DNA of 6,610 nucleotides from a plasmid: sequence record NZ_CP023428.1; one strand, 5' to 3'. Shown piece by piece: positions 4,627 to 6,610 of this stretch (position 1 is its first letter; each line of letters starts with the position of its first letter). The notes under the pieces were generated by a model. It saw only the letters and a program-made list of their open reading frames with translations, ran no database searches and was not told where the DNA came from. The position numbers and the translations under genes were made by a program.

Positions 4627-5106
4627 ATGGATATGGGAATCAAATTATCATCAAAGGACGTCGCAAAACACCTCGGTATAGAGCCAGTAACTGTCCGCAA
4701 GTATGCCAGTATGCTTGAAGAACAAGGCTACTCGTTCAATAAAGATTCGAAAGGATGGCGACTCTATACCGAGGATGACGTAAAGACTTTAGAGTATCTA
4801 TGTACAATGACTAAGATCAATGGACACTCACTCGACGAAACGGTAAAGCACATAGCAAGCTTATATCGTTCTAAACTGACCATATCGGATACCGCTACAT
4901 CGCTACAGGACAATCCTTTAGTCGAATTCATGAAACGACAGGAAGAATTCAACCGCCACATGGCAGAACGGATGGAACGATTCGAAAAAAGACAGCAAGA
5001 AAGGCACGAGACACTCACCGCTGCATTACGTGAGTCCCTTGAGACACAAAAAATGATCGCAGCCACCAAACAAAAAAAGTGGTGGAAATTTTGGAAGGGC
5101 AATTGA
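4627..5106 (+). CDS. MerR-family HTH DNA-binding protein with C-terminal coiled coil and Trp-rich basic tail (159 aa)
   Basis: The N-terminus IKLSSKDVAKHLGIEPVTVRKYASMLEEQGYSFNKDSKGWRLYTEDDVKTLEYL fits the MerR/excisionase-type HTH pattern. Residues about 95-150 are heptad-like and charged (QEEFNRHMAERMERFEKRQQERHETL..). The protein ends KQKKWWKFWKGN. The RBS GAGGTGA sits 6 nt before the ATG. Confidence 0.8.
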   Translation: MDMGIKLSSKDVAKHLGIEPVTVRKYASMLEEQGYSFNKDSKGWRLYTEDDVKTLEYLCTMTKINGHSLDETVKHIASLYRSKLTISDTATSLQDNPLVEFMKRQEEFNRHMAERMERFEKRQQERHETLTAALRESLETQKMIAATKQKKWWKFWKGN

Positions 5107-5113
5107 TTGCCCG
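5096..5113. terminator. Perfect palindrome GGGCAATTGATTGCCC spanning both convergent stop codons
   Basis: GGGCAAT-TG-ATTGCCC with weak T tracts; a possible bidirectional attenuator between the MerR-like and mob genes. Confidence 0.3.
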
Positions 5114-5116
5114 TTT

Positions 5117-6565
5117 TCACCGCTCTAATTCATTGTCCTTGTATTTATTGGCTTCTCTAGGCATTCCAGCCGTACGGAAAAACGATGCCGCTAATTTCCG
5201 CATCTTTGGTAATTTTTCTTTAGCCCACTGAACCATTTTGTCTTTCCATTGTTCCAGTACGGCAACTCTCTCTTTTAGTGTCTTATTTTCTTTTTTTAAC
5301 GCCTTGTTTTCTCCAGCCACTTTTTCAAGCGTTTGATTCTGCTTCTTGGCGAAACTCAAAACCTCAGCATACTGCCCGTTTCTCTTATCAAGTTCCTGTT
5401 TTAGTTTTAGGCTCTCCGCAGCTTCGCTATTTCTTTGAATGATCAAAACTTTATTTTCAGCTGACAGTTCCTCGTTTTCCGTTCGTAAAGTCGTCAGTTC
5501 CTCTTTCACTTCCTGCCGAAGATCCTGACGCTGTTCTTCCGTAAATTCCTTTGCAAGCTTGCGCCGCATTTCCTTTTTGGACGCTTCAACTTCTGAATGG
5601 ATCCTACTCTGCAGTTCCTGAAGCCGTTGGTCTTTTTCATCCGCCCGATCTGCTTCCTGCCGGGCGATAGACTGCCAGCGCTCCTTTTCCTGCGTTTCCG
5701 ACTTCAATTGCCCCGCCAACTCGGCTGCCGTTTTAGTTTTCTGCTCCGCATAGGCATACAAAGCATGGAGTTCCCGCTCTGGCACAATGACTTTATCCTT
5801 TTTGAGCCACGCTTTTTCATGTTCAATAGTCGGCATTTTCAACTCTTCAGCCTTAGCTGTCAGCGATTCTTTTTTCACTTCTATAACTGCTTGAACAGCT
5901 TTGTTTTGCTTTTCCAGTTCCTCTCTCTGCTTTTCCTTTAAAGCAATTTCAGCATTAAGCCGCTCAAGCTCCGCTTGCCGCTGATTTATTTTATACTGGT
6001 GAACATTCTCATGCTTCTTTTCGCTTGGTTCGCCGCGCACCAGGTCAAAACCGTTTTCAACCATGTGCCGATGAAAATCATCTTGAATGGCTTTCATCTT
6101 CAATTTGCCATTAAAAAAATCTTTCGCAGAGAGTCGGCCGTCCTCTGTGATCGGTACAATACCAACATGCATATGAGGAGTCGCTTCATCCATATGGACT
6201 GTAGCATAAAGCATGTTTTCAGCGCTGTATTTCTCTTTCAAATGATCAACCGCTGTTTCAAAATAGCGCCGCTGCTCCTCATCGCTCAGCCCATTCATAT
6301 AGTCAGGACTTGCCGTGATCAAAAATTCGCTGACCAAAACAGCATCCGCTCGGACCTTCCGTTTGACTCGCCCCTCAATTTTTTCATGAATCGCTTTTGA
6401 ATAGCTAATCGGTTTCTCGTTCACTAGATCATAATTTAAGTGCGTCCGCTCCCGATCAATATTTTCATTTTTGCTTTTTTGAAACTCCCGCTGATTGTGT
6501 TTTTGCGTTCCATTCAATCTATCTTTTTTGTATTTTTCCATCCTGATGACTGCATAATTTGCCAT
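5117..6565 (-). CDS. mob: Plasmid mobilization relaxase, MobV / Mob_Pre family (482 aa) with long C-terminal coiled coil
   Basis: The N-terminus MANYAVIRMEKYKK..NQRE...NIDRERTHLNYDL...RADAVLVSEFLITASPDY...MLYATVHMDEATPHMHVGIVPI parallels pUB110 Mob and pMV158 MobM (HxDExTPHxH motif). The remainder is a lysine/glutamate-rich heptad region. Confidence 0.92.
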   Translation of the reverse strand: MANYAVIRMEKYKKDRLNGTQKHNQREFQKSKNENIDRERTHLNYDLVNEKPISYSKAIHEKIEGRVKRKVRADAVLVSEFLITASPDYMNGLSDEEQRRYFETAVDHLKEKYSAENMLYATVHMDEATPHMHVGIVPITEDGRLSAKDFFNGKLKMKAIQDDFHRHMVENGFDLVRGEPSEKKHENVHQYKINQRQAELERLNAEIALKEKQREELEKQNKAVQAVIEVKKESLTAKAEELKMPTIEHEKAWLKKDKVIVPERELHALYAYAEQKTKTAAELAGQLKSETQEKERWQSIARQEADRADEKDQRLQELQSRIHSEVEASKKEMRRKLAKEFTEEQRQDLRQEVKEELTTLRTENEELSAENKVLIIQRNSEAAESLKLKQELDKRNGQYAEVLSFAKKQNQTLEKVAGENKALKKENKTLKERVAVLEQWKDKMVQWAKEKLPKMRKLAASFFRTAGMPREANKYKDNELER

Positions 6566-6610
6566 GAGAAAAACCCCCGATTCAGACCACTGTATAGGGG
6601 TTATGGTAAC

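Noticed and set aside
4491-4700. 69-aa minus-strand ORF overlapping the start of the MerR-like gene and the divergent promoter region
   Set aside because: It overlaps an intergenic regulatory region and the N-terminus of a better-supported gene. It has no RBS.
4764-5120. 118-aa minus-strand ORF overlapping the MerR-like gene
   Set aside because: It is fully antisense to a well-supported gene with a good RBS. It is Cys/Ser-rich nonsense and has no start context.
5597-6400. Plus-strand ORFs of 114 and 141 aa inside mob
   Set aside because: They are antisense to the Mob coiled-coil region and their Leu/Phe-rich translations reflect the complementary strand of Lys/Glu codons. They have no RBS.
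1-6610. CRISPR arrays, tRNA/rRNA genes, integrase/att sites
   Set aside because: No regularly spaced direct repeats, no cloverleaf-like GC-rich segments with tRNA features, and no recombinase genes were seen. The GC-rich blocks are palindromic rather than tandemly repeated.

Overview
This window looks like a complete or near-complete mobilizable rolling-circle (RCR) plasmid of the pUB110/pC194 family from a low-GC Bacillus-type host. It carries a Rep_1-type initiator (2399-3424, -) with its sigmaA-like promoter, and the family double-strand origin with the conserved TTCTTATCTTGATA nick block about 150 bp upstream of rep (3571-3594, - strand). A MobV/Pre relaxase sits at 5117-6565 (-). A pMV158-like oriT hairpin (16-33, - strand) would lie about 60-80 bp upstream of mob if the window ends are joined, which suggests the 6610 bp are one circular replicon. 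There are two GC-rich, palindrome-dense non-coding blocks (60-230 and 3900-4245) that are candidate single-strand origins, and a run of four hairpin+T-run terminators (3620-3890). The most interesting accessory feature is a 1.19 kb segment (310-1500) bounded by 38-bp inverted repeats (32/38 identical) with Tn3-family hallmarks: a GGGG tip and an ACG(C/T)TAAG inner end, resembling the Tn4430-type IR as I recall it. It is flanked by a 5-bp direct repeat ATAGA. Its cargo is an Hsp20/alpha-crystallin small heat-shock gene plus a tightly coupled 57-aa ORF, with no transposase or resolvase. It therefore looks like a non-autonomous Tn3-derived mobile insertion cassette. Other accessory genes are a Sec-signal secreted protein (179 aa) with an internal glycine-zipper hydrophobic segment, divergently paired with a 61-aa two-TM membrane protein (possible toxin/immunity pair). 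There is also an orphan VbhA-like (Fic-antitoxin-type) 53-aa protein with no Fic partner. Last is a MerR-type HTH plus coiled-coil protein with a Trp-rich basic tail (RacA-like architecture). All family assignments come from reading the translated sequences by eye and need database confirmation.
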